Origin: Eledone cirrhosa
Taxonomy: Eukaryota
Reading direction: 5' to 3'
Length of the DNA: 64,000 nt
NCBI GenBank assembly: GCA_964016885.1
Contig: OZ024745.1
Location: 17,484,001-17,548,000 of the forward strand
The notes beneath the pieces were generated by a model. The model made no database searches, had not been told where the DNA came from, and was given only the letters and a program-made list of their open reading frames with translations. Shown piece by piece: positions 39,555-51,759 of this stretch (the stretch's first letter is position 1; each line of letters starts with the position of its first letter). A program made the translations under genes and the position numbers.

Positions 39555-39955
39555 CATTTATAACCAACCAAAAAAAAGCCTTCGTGAGCCTCCTTTTTTC
39601 AAGTAAAAAGAAATTCAAACACTCATATATGAAAAAAACAACCTGTGACAACCCCCCCCCCCCCCTCTCTTATTTGAAGAACTATTGTAACGCGAACTGG
39701 CGCGAAATTTATTATAATTATTGATAAACCAATCAAATTACTTCTCGAAAAACCTGGCATTTCGAGCCACTTTTTCCATATAAAACAAGTAACATTCTGA
39801 GAGCAACCAGATGTGAGAAAAACCACAGACCCTCCATCTCAACTCACCTTTTGAAAAGCAGAAGAACTGCGAAACGGGTAAAGGAACCAAATAAATATAT
39901 ATATTTTAAAAAAAAATAAGACTTCAGTTGCATTTTCGATTTCATCTCTTTTTCT
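39550..39955 (+). mobile_element. Solo pLTR of the 50-51.6 kb PLE family
   Basis: Near-identical reverse complement of 50046-50438. Confidence 0.88.
39847..39884 (+). ncRNA. Minimal hammerhead with compensatory U3-A8 core
   Basis: cctt-TTGAAAA-gcag-aagaa-ctgc-GAAA-cggg-TA-aagg. Confidence 0.72.
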
Positions 39956-40015
39956 ATATACTTTCACTCGTGTAGGACACCTCGGTTATTTTTCATTTTG
40001 TAAAAAAAACCTCAC

Positions 40016-40102
<87 letters not shown>

Positions 40103-40103
40103 C

Positions 40104-40166
<63 letters not shown>

Positions 40167-40200
40167 TAAGATCATAAGATGTTTAAAGGAGTTCCATGTA

Positions 40201-40267
40201 TTTTATTATGCGCATTTCAAAAACAAACATCATCATGCAATAATATTTGTGTTTTCATCAGATAAAA
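40201..40267 (-). ncRNA. Type I hammerhead ribozyme, intact
   Basis: Reverse complement: ttttat-CTGATGA-aaacacaaatattattgcatgatgatgtttgttttt-GAAA-tgcgca-TA-ataaaa; palindrome atgcgcat. Confidence 0.87.
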
Positions 40268-40525
40268 CAGGAGGATATGATATGAAGGCTAAAAAACACT
40301 TGTGGATAGTGCAGTTTTAAATCAACATATGAAAAGTAATTTTAGATTGATGCGTGATATTGGGAAAAATATTTTATTTAGAGAGGGGGGTGGAAAGGAT
40401 CTTATATATTATGTATACTCCAGTCCTACAAACTGTAGAGTGCTTCTTATCCGATATCTGCATTGCTTTATTGTACTACAATAAAACTCACCTCCTACAT
40501 ATATACATATATATATATGTATATA

Positions 40526-40606
<81 letters not shown>

Positions 40607-41206
40607 ACATACAACAAGTAAGTATGCACTGTGTCGGTAAGTATGTACGTGTAGGTGTGTATATATATATGTACACTTATCTAGAAAAGATCATCACACA
40701 CGACGTATTTCCGTCGAAAATGTGATGCACTAATAGCTATGTATAAATACACATGCAATAAGAAAAAAAACTAAAAAAGAAAACAACCGTGTTTCCGTTC
40801 AGACAACATAATTCATAATAAATGATTCACAATTTATACTCACATACACACACGGACAAACACTCAGACACTTAGATACACTGAACACACACATTCATAC
40901 TCACAATAACGCCCGTATCTCCCCCCACCAGCCATATAATATATATATATATATATATAAATGTAAGTATGCATGTATACGTACATACATATCTGTATAC
41001 AGACGTACAGTGGCATGCATATATATATATATATATATACATATATATATACATACAGGTACACATACATATATGCACGTATCAGTTTAGCGGACGCTTA
41101 TTATAACGCCGCTTTGTTCGTTTGTAAACAAACTGAACAGCCTTAATTTATGCCATACGGTGTTAAGGCAACCACGTCACCTTTTTGTTCAACACTGACA
41201 CAGGAA

Positions 41207-41247
41207 CGATGCACTAGTTTCAACCTTGTTATCTATCATCAGCACCG
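41207..41247 (-). ncRNA. Minimal hammerhead, G17 variant
   Basis: Reverse complement: cggtg-CTGATGA-tagataacaaggtt-GAAA-ctag-TG-catcg. Confidence 0.65.
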
Positions 41248-41493
41248 TATACCCTTCTGCCAGATAGTTGAACGTTCGAAAGTATATACTTTCCTTATGA
41301 AAATTAACGGCTGAGCAGCCTAATTTGCATATCGAGTGAGTTAAATCGGTCAGGCATACCGAAAACGATAAGTTGAAATAAAATGAAAACGAAATGAAAA
41401 CGAAATTTCTCACTCTTAGTACGGCACTTACTTAAATGTAAGTATGTATGTGTACGTACATACATATATGTATACAGACGTACAGTGGCATGC

Positions 41494-41558
<65 letters not shown>

Positions 41559-41705
41559 CAGGTACACATACATATATGCACGTATCAGTTTAGCGGACGC
41601 TTATTATAAATTCAGGCTGTTCAGTTTGTTTACAAACGAACAAAGCGGCGTTATAATAAGCGCCCGCTAAACTGATACGTGCATATATGTATATGTACCT
41701 GTATG

Positions 41706-41739
<34 letters not shown>

Positions 41740-41967
41740 TGCATGCCACTGTACGTCTGTATGTACGTATACATACATCTTACATTTAAGTAAGTGCCGT
41801 ACTAAGAGTGAGAAATGAAATTTCGTTTTCATTTTATTTCAACTTATCGTTTTCGGTATGCCTGACCGATTTAACTCACTCGATATGCAAATTAGGCTGC
41901 TCAGCCGTTAATTTTCATAAGGAAGGTATATACTTTCGAACGTTCAACTATCTGGCAGAAGGGTGTA

Positions 41968-42008
41968 CGGTTCTGATGATAGCTAACAAGCTTGAAACTA
42001 GTACATCG
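41968..42008 (+). ncRNA. Minimal hammerhead ribozyme
   Basis: cggtt-CTGATGA-t-agct-aaca-agct-t-GAAA-ctag-TA-catcg; palindrome actagt. Confidence 0.8.
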
Positions 42009-42301
42009 TTCCTGTGTCAGTGTTGAACAAAAAGGTGACGTGGTTGCCTTAACACCGTATGGCATAAATTCAGGCTGTTCAGTTTGTTTACAAACGAACA
42101 AAGCGGCGTTATAATAAGCGTCCGCTAAACTGATACGTGCATATATGTATGTGTACCTGTATGTATATATATATATATATATATGCATGCCACTGTACGT
42201 CTGTATACATATATGTATGTACGTATACATACATACTTACATTTAAGTAAGTGCCGTACTAAGAGTGAGAAATGAAATTTCGTTTTCATTTTATTTCAAC
42301 T

Positions 42302-42359
<58 letters not shown>

Positions 42360-43751
42360 CGTGGTGGGTATAGCTATAAAAAAATGTAATAAAAGCTTAG
42401 ATACAGATATAAAATCCATTGTGATTTTCGCTGCTATACCACAGATAACCATCTTAATAAAGGTTAGGTGCTTATTTTACCGAAGTACCATGTGTTGCCC
42501 CATGAGGGCTCAAGTATTTCAGAGCCTTGGTCTCTATCGCACTCACGGTAATGTTGCGTGTGTTTTGGCTAGCATTAAAAATATGTAGAGGGAAATACCA
42601 GAGAACACGGATATAACCTGTGATTCAGTTTGTCTTTCTTCTACTCTCCATCTAAACCGTTTTATTCGTCGTTTATTATGTTTATTCGTGTTGTAAATAC
42701 AGTGTTCCGCAGTTGAATTCATGAAAGAATAACGTCTAAAGGATAAATGCTAGTAATAGTAACATGTAACTATAGATAGTTTAGGTAGTATGCTTTATTG
42801 AGTAAGTTCTATGATGTGAGCAACAATATCATAAATTATACATGTGTGCTTCATTATATATGTGTGTGTGTAGGCGCGCATCTGTTGATTTATTCATTTT
42901 CTTAGAAGAGAGGAAACCTGTTCGCTAAGCTTCATCAGTGAAGTAATGAGGTGTTATGGATATCAATATTTATTGTTTAGGATAGAGAAGGAATAATAAT
43001 GCGGTAATGACTGAGAAGAAGAGGGTTGAAGAAGAAAAGATGAGGTTTGCAGAAACTAAGAGAGATGTGAGGGAGGAGTTTGAGGTCAAGAGACGTAGAG
43101 AATAGAAGCGACTGTGAATGTGGAAAGAGCGCGAGAATGTTCGACATAGGTGTAATTCATGAGGGAATAGGTCTTGGTGTGTAGACACGGTCAATTTTGT
43201 ATGAATGTGAATACGTGGCGATAAGGTGACTATGGTCGTGGAAGAGTAAAGACAAACAGTCCAGTAGTGCGCAAAATGAGAGGAATTAGAAGTAAATCAT
43301 GAGGATGGAAGGTAAAAGAAAGATAAATACGAAATTCGAAAATGATAATGAAAAAAAAATTAAACGCAACATAGCAAGTAAAATATTAAAAGAATGGCAT
43401 GGGAAATTATATTCTGACAAAGAATATATAGCTAGCAGAACGTCGAGAAAGAAATAGATTAAAAATGTATTTATAATAATTTGAACTAGTAAATTGCAGA
43501 GAAATGTGTGTAATGAATGAACATATAAAGATGCAAGAAAAAGAAATATGTGATAACAAAATAAAAAAAACAAAAAAAAAACGCAACGTATTGTCCTTTA
43601 CAAGACATCATTATTCAGCCATAATTTGTTTTGAATAAAACAGTTCTATTCCTGTATAAGCCTTTCTTTATTAAATATGACGTACACACCCTACTAATTT
43701 ATTGAGTATCTTAAACCCGATTGAACCCAGGACTCAAATATATATATAATA

Positions 43752-43980
43752 ATTGTTTCTAGTTATGGCACAAGGCCAGCAATTATCCCAGTGTATTACT
43801 GCTACTTTATTTTATCGAACCCGTAATGATGAAAGGCAAAGTCAACCTCGGCGGGATTTGAACTCAGATCGTAAAGGGACGTAACTATGCTGGAAAGCAT
43901 GGCGTCCGACCCTCTACTGTTACTGCCAACCCACTGCCCTCTACTGCCAATCCACCGCCCTCTACTGCAAATCCACCGCC
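43752..43980 (-). mobile_element. tRNA-derived SINE with triplicated 5' end
   Basis: Reverse complement of 30911-31097; tactgccaatccaccgccc-like unit three times at 43922-43981. Confidence 0.9.
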
Positions 43981-44115
43981 CACTTTCACCGAATAATACA
44001 AGGACGATGTGTTAAGCTTTCATTACATTTATTGATCGGTGACGCGCGTTTCGCTCTTGATCAGCTCAAGGTTCGATCTTTATAGATCTGGCCCAAATCT
44101 GCTGTTGTAATGACA

Positions 44116-44149
<34 letters not shown>

Positions 44150-44574
44150 TGTGAAAAATATGCTTACCAACGTTGTATATTAATTATTATGTTGATATAT
44201 ATTTAATTATGATACTTTTCGTTTTATGTACATTTATGAGTTTGTACTGAAGTATGATATTATGTACAGAAAATTCTGTGGCTTAACATATTTCCTAATG
44301 CTTCGTATATATTTCGTTAGAGTATATCGTTGATTGGCATTTCGTAGTTAGAAAATGAGCTCAAAATGCAATACTACTCGATATAGTTTTACTATGTGTA
44401 TTTCGATAAATATTTATCCATGTTTGTGTCAAAATATATGTTTCAGCATAAGCAGTTTAAAAATGATCTGATGACTATATTCTTCCTATATAAATTTATG
44501 GAATTAGCAGCAGTGTTGTTGTGTTTTGTTTTAGTTATGATATTGATAAGGCATATATATAAGATTTATCAATT

Positions 44575-45405
44575 ACTAGCAGTGGTACCCGGCGTTGCAC
44601 CGGATGAGGTATTTTGGAAAGCGGGCCGCCAACAGACCTAATCGTGGAAAAACTGCATGCCTGGACAAGAAAATAAACCGAATACTCTGATGGCTGGATA
44701 ATCTTTAAGATTTTCCTCGATGAAACAGGAAAAATGCAGGTTTTCACCTAATGCGGGCCCTAGGCCATAACAAGTTGGATTTTCTTTGATCACGGTACGA
44801 AGAAGAGACTGACTAATACATAGTTACAAAATCAGTCTAACGTAACGCCTCAAAAAACCCCTAAAAAGCTGAAAAAACGCAGTTTTTCACCTAATGCGGC
44901 CCTAGGGGTTCAAAAGGTTGAATTTTATGAAACATAAGTAATACACATGAAAAGTTTGAAAAATGTCGGTTTGGTACTTCTCGAGTTTTAGGGATTCAAA
45001 CTCTCACACACACACACAGACATCCTCAGGGATAGACGTAATGCAGACAGCCAGACATACAGACAGATATTATAAGTGCGCGTTCTGAACGCAGAGGGAA
45101 TTGTGGGAAGTGACGTATGTAGGTAACCAGACATACAGCCAGATATAATAAAGGCGCGACGTTATATGTATGTATCTATCTAAAAAGAGAAAGACTAAGA
45201 ATTATAGAGAGAGATGGTTAAATCACCTAATGCCGTCCCTAGGGCATGGAAAATTTGACATTATTTTTGCTCAGAACACTCCCTGAAACATAAGTATTAC
45301 ATGTGTAAAGTTTGAAAACAGTCGGTTGGGTGCTTCTCGAGATTTAGGGATTCAAACTCACACACACACACACAGACAGACATCCTCAGGTTTATATATA
45401 TAGAT
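44575..45405 (+). mobile_element. Probable non-autonomous Helitron/Helentron-type element
   Basis: Starts tactagcagtggtacccggcgttgcaccgg and ends (ca)n-gacagac...tttatatatatagat; internal repeats tcacctaatgc(g/c)g.cctagg at about 44745, 44887 and 45224. Confidence 0.55.
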
Positions 45406-45879
45406 ATCGTGTGCATTGCTATGATACATGCAAATATGTTCATGATATATATATATATACACACACACGCATATATAAACAATAACACGCCCATACATTG
45501 ACATATGTATATATATGTTGAATAATTATTAATAAATGGCATATTAAATATCAATAGCTATGCCACAGCATATCACCAATATATATGCATACATATTTGC
45601 ATAATGCTGTTCATGCCATTCTTTATACGAAGAATATTTTTTACTCACGAAAAAAAATATTTTCCATTTCACGCCGAGGGCAATTTTCTGGTGTATTGTT
45701 TGCTTTTCTTCCATGAGTAAATGAATAAAAAAATTACTTCTATACGGAAATACAGTGGTGAATAATATTACTTTTGCAAAACACACGTGTTCATAACATA
45801 AAGAGAACAAATTAGTCATAGTATTCACTTTAAATATGCAAGTGTAAATACAGAGTTAGTTAAGAGGTCTGGAAATACA

Positions 45880-45929
<50 letters not shown>

Positions 45930-46052
45930 CGTGTGTGTGTGTCTGTGTGTATGTATGTGTGTGTGTCGTGTATGTGTGTGTGTGTGTGTGGGGGGGGGGG
46001 GGGGGTATGTTTGCATCTGTATACAGTATTGCATGTGTTTTTGTGTTTGCAG

Positions 46053-46105
<53 letters not shown>

Positions 46106-47099
46106 TTACAATTCACCATTGTATATTCAATAGTAAATTATATATATATATGTGGATCATTCTATTCCAATTAAAAATGTTGTATGTAAAGGGGAACCTT
46201 GTTGATCATACTTTTATAATTTATATTGATATTTGTTTATCATCAAACACAAAGCCAGCGTCGTTAATGGAATTCAATATGTTTACATTGGCAATCATAT
46301 TTGCACTTTTAAACATTTTCATATTCATATGTGACCCCAATATGCAATGGTATTGATTTTGATGACAATGTAGAAACCATTTCGTATAGAGATGCCACCA
46401 GCATTTAAAATGTCCGACATTTATCTTACATACATTTTCAATTCAAGATATAAAGGCAATGTTGACCCTCCTAGGATTGGAATTCAGATTTACAAATTGA
46501 ATGATTTTCAGGCAATATTTACTTCGTCTTCCTTTTATTTTTTATTTTTTATTTTTTATTTTTTATTTTTTATTTTTTATTTTTTATTTTTTATTTTTTA
46601 TTTTTTACTTTTTATTTATCAAAGATCAATTATGGTAAGGGAGGTATACTCAAGGGGATACGAATAAACCATTCATGAAGATTGGAAAAGCGTAGAACCA
46701 GGATTAGCTTTTGGTAGTATTACATGCTATATCTTTAAATCCAATAATACATACTAGACTCAATGACCTTTGTAAATTGAGAAAGTGACAGGTAGTGGCA
46801 TGCCATATTGGTCTTTCCATTAGAGGTGGCGAACTACGGCTGACGACACGGTCCCATGCTAAATTACGTGTGTACTGTATACTAACATTACCTAATATTC
46901 TGTACATGGTTGCTCAATTCGGTTCACTGCTAGCATATCGGAACCTTAGAAACTGATGCATCAAGGTATATTAACTATCTTTCACACATGAAGTTATCTC
47001 CCTCATTGATTAACGTATGTGTGCACTCTAACCAGCTATTTGTTATTTAATGAGTAGGAAAACGACCGAAGCTCTCTCTCTCTCTCTATATATATATAT

Positions 47100-49590
47100 A
47101 GGGAAAAGTTTGACCCCGACGGCAGAGCTCCAGCCGTTTCGACGGCTACTTCTGGACTAAATTAGAATTGTTCGCCTGGTGAATAAATAGCCGAACTTGT
47201 CAAGGGGGTACTTCCTTATATGGGAAGATTGTAGTTGTCAAGAGGATTGGTTAAAATTTGTTGTAAACACAAATAAGTCTATCATGGCATTTGGTGAGAG
47301 GTATGGGTGGCTGAACTTGCCTGTAGAACAATAGGTGAGTGAGTGGAGCGGTCAAGCGTTGTAAGTGATATGTAACAGCAGATTCTAAGGATAGTGTATG
47401 AAGTGGAGGAGGGAGGTTATAGAATAGGTAAATCGAATGAGAGTAGGAGAACATAAAAGATAATAGAAAGAAATAAAATAATATATAAAATTAGATAGTG
47501 AGAAATGAATAAAAAGTCACAATGCTATCTTACAATTACAGGTTAAAAAGTTGAGAATAGAAAAAACTTGTAGAAATTGAGTAGTAACAACACTGATACA
47601 AAATGAAAGGGGTTTAACACATCTGCTACAAGTAGTTAGTAAAACGTATTCGGCCAATTGTATCTTAAAATTACAGGGGTGGGGGGAACTGATGCTGCAG
47701 AGGCCTGATGGGCTGCATCTGGGTAGGCGAAAGCGGAAAGCAGACTAGGAAGAAAATAGGGGGTGAAGGGAAGTGATAGGATGAGACGGGAAGAAGAAGA
47801 CAAAGAGAAAAAGAAAACAGATACATCTGCCTATGTAAGCTGGGGTTTCCCCTAACTTATTCGGCAAGTGGGGGGTATCAGCCCTTGTCTACCCACCCGG
47901 GTCGTTATGGGGTTTGAGGCGAGATAAATCCTACGCAATCTGTGTTTGCATGAGTTTACCAGTTCGCCTTTCTTGTTTAGGAGTTGATCCTTCGAAAACA
48001 GCATTTGTAATGTTTCCTCCGAGCATAAGTTACACGGACGGCGTGCTCCCGTGTAAGAGTTAGCTCTGGACAGTAAGCTCCAAGTGAGATTTTAGGTTAT
48101 ATTATTATCTTGGAGGTCCCATATGTGACCCGAAAGTGTAGTGGCATCTCGCCGGACCGGGTTTCGGAAAGTATGTCGGTCTTGGTAGAACCGGGTCTTG
48201 AAGTCACACGCGGTTAATCCTATATAAGCTTTGTTGGAAGTGTCCGTCCTCACGTTGCACTGGTAGATCACGTTTCGTTCTCGGCATTTGTTGTTGAGGG
48301 GGCACGTAGATCTATCAGGCAGTTACACCACCTGGTCGGCTCTCCACTGATGTCTAGGTTATTTCTTCCATAGGGGTTGAGTTTTATGTTGTTTGAGGAA
48401 ACGATGTTTTGTTCGAAGTTAGGTGTCCTACTGTAGGAGTGTTTGATGGTGTTTTTGTTGATTATGTTGTGGTAGCGGTCTTGTAGTGGGAAGCGTTTTT
48501 CGAGGAGTCTAAAGAAGATTTTCCCGATAGGTGTTGCCACCTCGGCATTATGGGGAGGATTGAACCACGCTACGTTGCCTGAGCGGCGGTGTCGCCTGCT
48601 GGTTCCGCCAGGGTAAGCTGGATAAAAGAATATTTCCTCCCGAAAGCCACTCCGCTTGAGGGCCTGGTTGTAATGAGGCACGTGTTCGTCGAATTTCTGC
48701 TCATTAGCGGACAAACGAGATATGCGGAGGAAGATGTTTTTAACCAGGTTATTGGTGATTTTTCTAGGATAGTTAGAGCGGCGATGGATGTGTTGCAGGT
48801 TGTCGTTTGGTTTCCTGTAAGGGCAGTACAGATCATTTTCGAGGTTATGGATAACGTCCAGGAAATTGACTCGGGTTAGGGACGTTTGTAGGGTGATTTT
48901 AAATCCCCATTCCCGGATGAAATTGATTAGTTCTTTACGGACCCGGTCTGTACTAATGGAGTTGTACCCTTTGAGGGTGAGGAGCCCATCATCCCGGTAC
49001 AATCCACCGCCGAATGCAGGAAACATTTCGGTGAGTTTAAATAATAGGAATAATATTAGAAGTTGTTTCTATTCTCAACTTATTAACCTGTAATTGTAAG
49101 ATAACATTGGGATTTTTTTTATTCATTTCTCACTATCTAATTTTATATATTTTTTTATTTATTTCTATTATCTTTTATTGTCTCCTACTCTCATTCGACT
49201 TACCTATTCTATAACCTCCCGCCTCCACTTTATACACTATCCTTAGAATCTGCTGTATACATATCACTTTCAACGCTTGAACGTTCCACTCACTCCCCTA
49301 TTGTTCTACAGGCAAGTTCAGCCACCCCTACCACTCACCAAAGGCCATGATAGACTTATTTGTGTTTACAACAAATTTTAACCAATCCTCTTGACAACTA
49401 CAATCTTCCCTTATAAGTTCGGCTATTTATTTACCAGGCGAAAAATTCTAATTTAGTCCATAAATAGCCGTCGAAACGGCTTGAGCTCTGCCGTCCGGGT
49501 CATACTTTTTCCTATTTCCCACCTCTATTGCTCTAAGTATTGAGTACTCTGATGCGTTATGGTCCATCTGATTCCTTGCCACAATTCCTT

Positions 49591-49595
<5 letters not shown>
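47100..49595 (-). mobile_element. 5'-truncated PLE with inverted pLTR
   Basis: The minus-strand RT C-terminus and GIY-YIG are followed by a pLTR to 47100. 49070-49512 is the reverse complement of 47101-47560. Confidence 0.9.
47890..49045 (-). pseudogene. PLE RT C-terminus and GIY-YIG fragment
   Basis: GGLYRDDGL, VNFLDV, PYRKPND, WFNPP, then a frameshifted YQCNVRTDTSNKAYIGLT and CNLCSEE. Confidence 0.88.
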
Positions 49596-49652
<57 letters not shown>

Positions 49653-49961
49653 TAATACGCCTCTTCCGGTGGTACTAAATATAAGACAGAAAGGTAACCC
49701 CTCTTCAAATTGCAAAAATGAAATAAAAACTTGCAAAACGGCGCACAAGAGATTTCAGCAAAACTAGATAAAATCTGCTTACTCCCGCATTACATCGTAT
49801 GAGCACCAGACTAAAGAGAAACATTGACCACTACCGGAATGAAATGAGGCCTGAAACATGTATGTTCCCAAAAGTGAAAATAATACACACAATTCACCTA
49901 TAAATTTTCTTTAACTGGCACGAATTTGGAGCTTTGAAACAGGAAAATTACTAATTATATA

Positions 49962-50045
<84 letters not shown>

Positions 50046-50048
<3 letters not shown>

Positions 50049-50670
50049 AAAAAGAGATGAAATCGAAAATGCAACTGGAGTCTTATATTTTTAAAAAATA
50101 TATATATTTATTTGGTTCCTTTACCCGTTTCGCAGTTCTTCTGCTTTTCAAAAGGTGAGTTCAGATGGAGGGTCTGTGGTTTTTCTCACATCTGGTTGGT
50201 CTCTGAATGTTACTTTTTTTATATGGAAAAAGTGGCTCGAAATGCCAGGTTTTTCGAGAAGTAATTTGATTGGTTTATCAATAATAAATTTCGCGCCAGT
50301 TCGCGTTACAATAGTTCTTCAAATAAGAGGGGGGGGGGTTGTCACAGGTTGTTTTTTCATATATGAGTGTTTGAATTTCTTTTTACTTGAAAAAAGGAGG
50401 CTCACGAAGGCTTTTTTGGGGTTGGTTATAAATGAAATTTGGCTGTCACGTGAACAAGTTTTCATTACATTTTTGCGCCCTTATTTGGAAAACTATTCTG
50501 TAGTCTTTATAGTTAATGTTATGACAATGGAGAGATAGTGGTCAAGAGAAAAGGGATTGGGTGAATTGTTCTGGTTCAGTGAATATGGCCAGCTCGCCGG
50601 GGTGTCAAAGTTCAGATTTTCTATTGAAGTGAAGATATGTATGTTTATTTGTGTGCTTGTGTGTGTGTAC

Positions 50671-50703
<33 letters not shown>

Positions 50704-51600
50704 TATTGGAAGATGATTCTATTAGTAGAGATGGGGGAGGGAGTTGTGTGTGTGTGTATATGGGTGTTATGTGTGTGTGTGTGTGCGAGTATGTTAAGAT
50801 GGAGAGAATATATATTTTGTGTGTGTGTATATATATATGTGTGTAGGAAAGTGGTTCTATTAGTAGAAATGGGGAGGGAGTTGTAGGTGTGGGGGTTGTT
50901 ATGTGTGTGTATGGGTGTTATGTGTGTGGGAGTATGGTTAGCATGTTAAGATGAAGAGAATATATATATATATATATTGTGTGTGTGTGTATGTGTGTGT
51001 GTAGGAAAGTGATTCCTTTAGTAGGAATATTTTTGAATGAACATATTTTCCTTACTTTTTCGTGTTTGCTGTTGTATTGCCAGTGCAAACGTATGTTAAG
51101 GTTTATTTAGTTCGGGTTTTTATTTTCTAAAGTAGAAGGTGTTATGTGTGTGTGTGTATGTCATATTGTGGTGTTGACATAATGTATATTAAACCTTATT
51201 TAATGTTGGTCTATATTTTTGAATAAACATATTTTCCTTATTTATTCGCATTTGTTCTGTTGTATTGTTAGCGCAAAGGTAAAATGGGAAGACTTGGAAT
51301 TTGGGTGTCTTATTACTTGCGCAAATGTCTAGATGTGCACTTAATGGTATCTGTCTCGTGGTTGGATCTCGTAATTGTTGGCGATGAACTGTCATTCTGT
51401 TTCTGAGTGTGAGTTTAGTTTGTCCTATATAATCTTCATTGCATCCTTTACATTTAATGGCATAAATTAGATTTTTTGATGAGCAAGTGAAGTGATTTTT
51501 TACAGTAAAATTTTGTCCTGATTTAAATGTATACGTGTTGCCTTCAATGAGGTGAGTGCAGGTTCCACAATTAGAGCGACCACATTTTTTGATACTTGGT
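50046..51600 (-). mobile_element. 5'-truncated PLE (GIY-YIG domain, 3' UTR and pLTR)
   Basis: 51189-51600 reads KKCGRSNCGTC...KNLIYAIKCKGCNEDYIGQT...HRQQLRDPTTRQIPLSAHL, related to the 11-17 kb family. Confidence 0.9.
50118..50155 (-). ncRNA. Minimal hammerhead with compensatory U3-A8 core, in PLE pLTR
   Basis: Reverse complement is identical to 39847-39884. Confidence 0.72.
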
Positions 51601-51686
51601 TGTGGATGAATATATTTACAGTAATTTTCTATACATATTCACTTTTTTCCATGTTCTTTAGGATTACACAATATTATTATATTGAT

Positions 51687-51759
<73 letters not shown>

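Larger units (their letters stand above)
40960..42302. mobile_element. Tandem-plus-inverted array of a ~445-475-bp non-coding hammerhead unit (retrozyme-like)
   Basis: gtatacagacgtacagtggcatgc recurs near 40995 and 41470 and, inverted, at 41741 and 42185. The inversion point is near 41608. Confidence 0.85.

Noticed and set aside
42895-42945. Minus-strand CTGATGA hammerhead
   Set aside because: No stem III or UH cleavage site can be formed.
44030-44070. Hammerhead half GAAA-cgcgcg-TC in a small repeat shared with 21913-22010
   Set aside because: No matching 5' core or stem I found.
49651-49870. Long-stem hammerhead ending GAAA-catg-TA
   Set aside because: A long stem II-like pairing exists, but the core and stem I 5' strand are missing at the (TA)n boundary.
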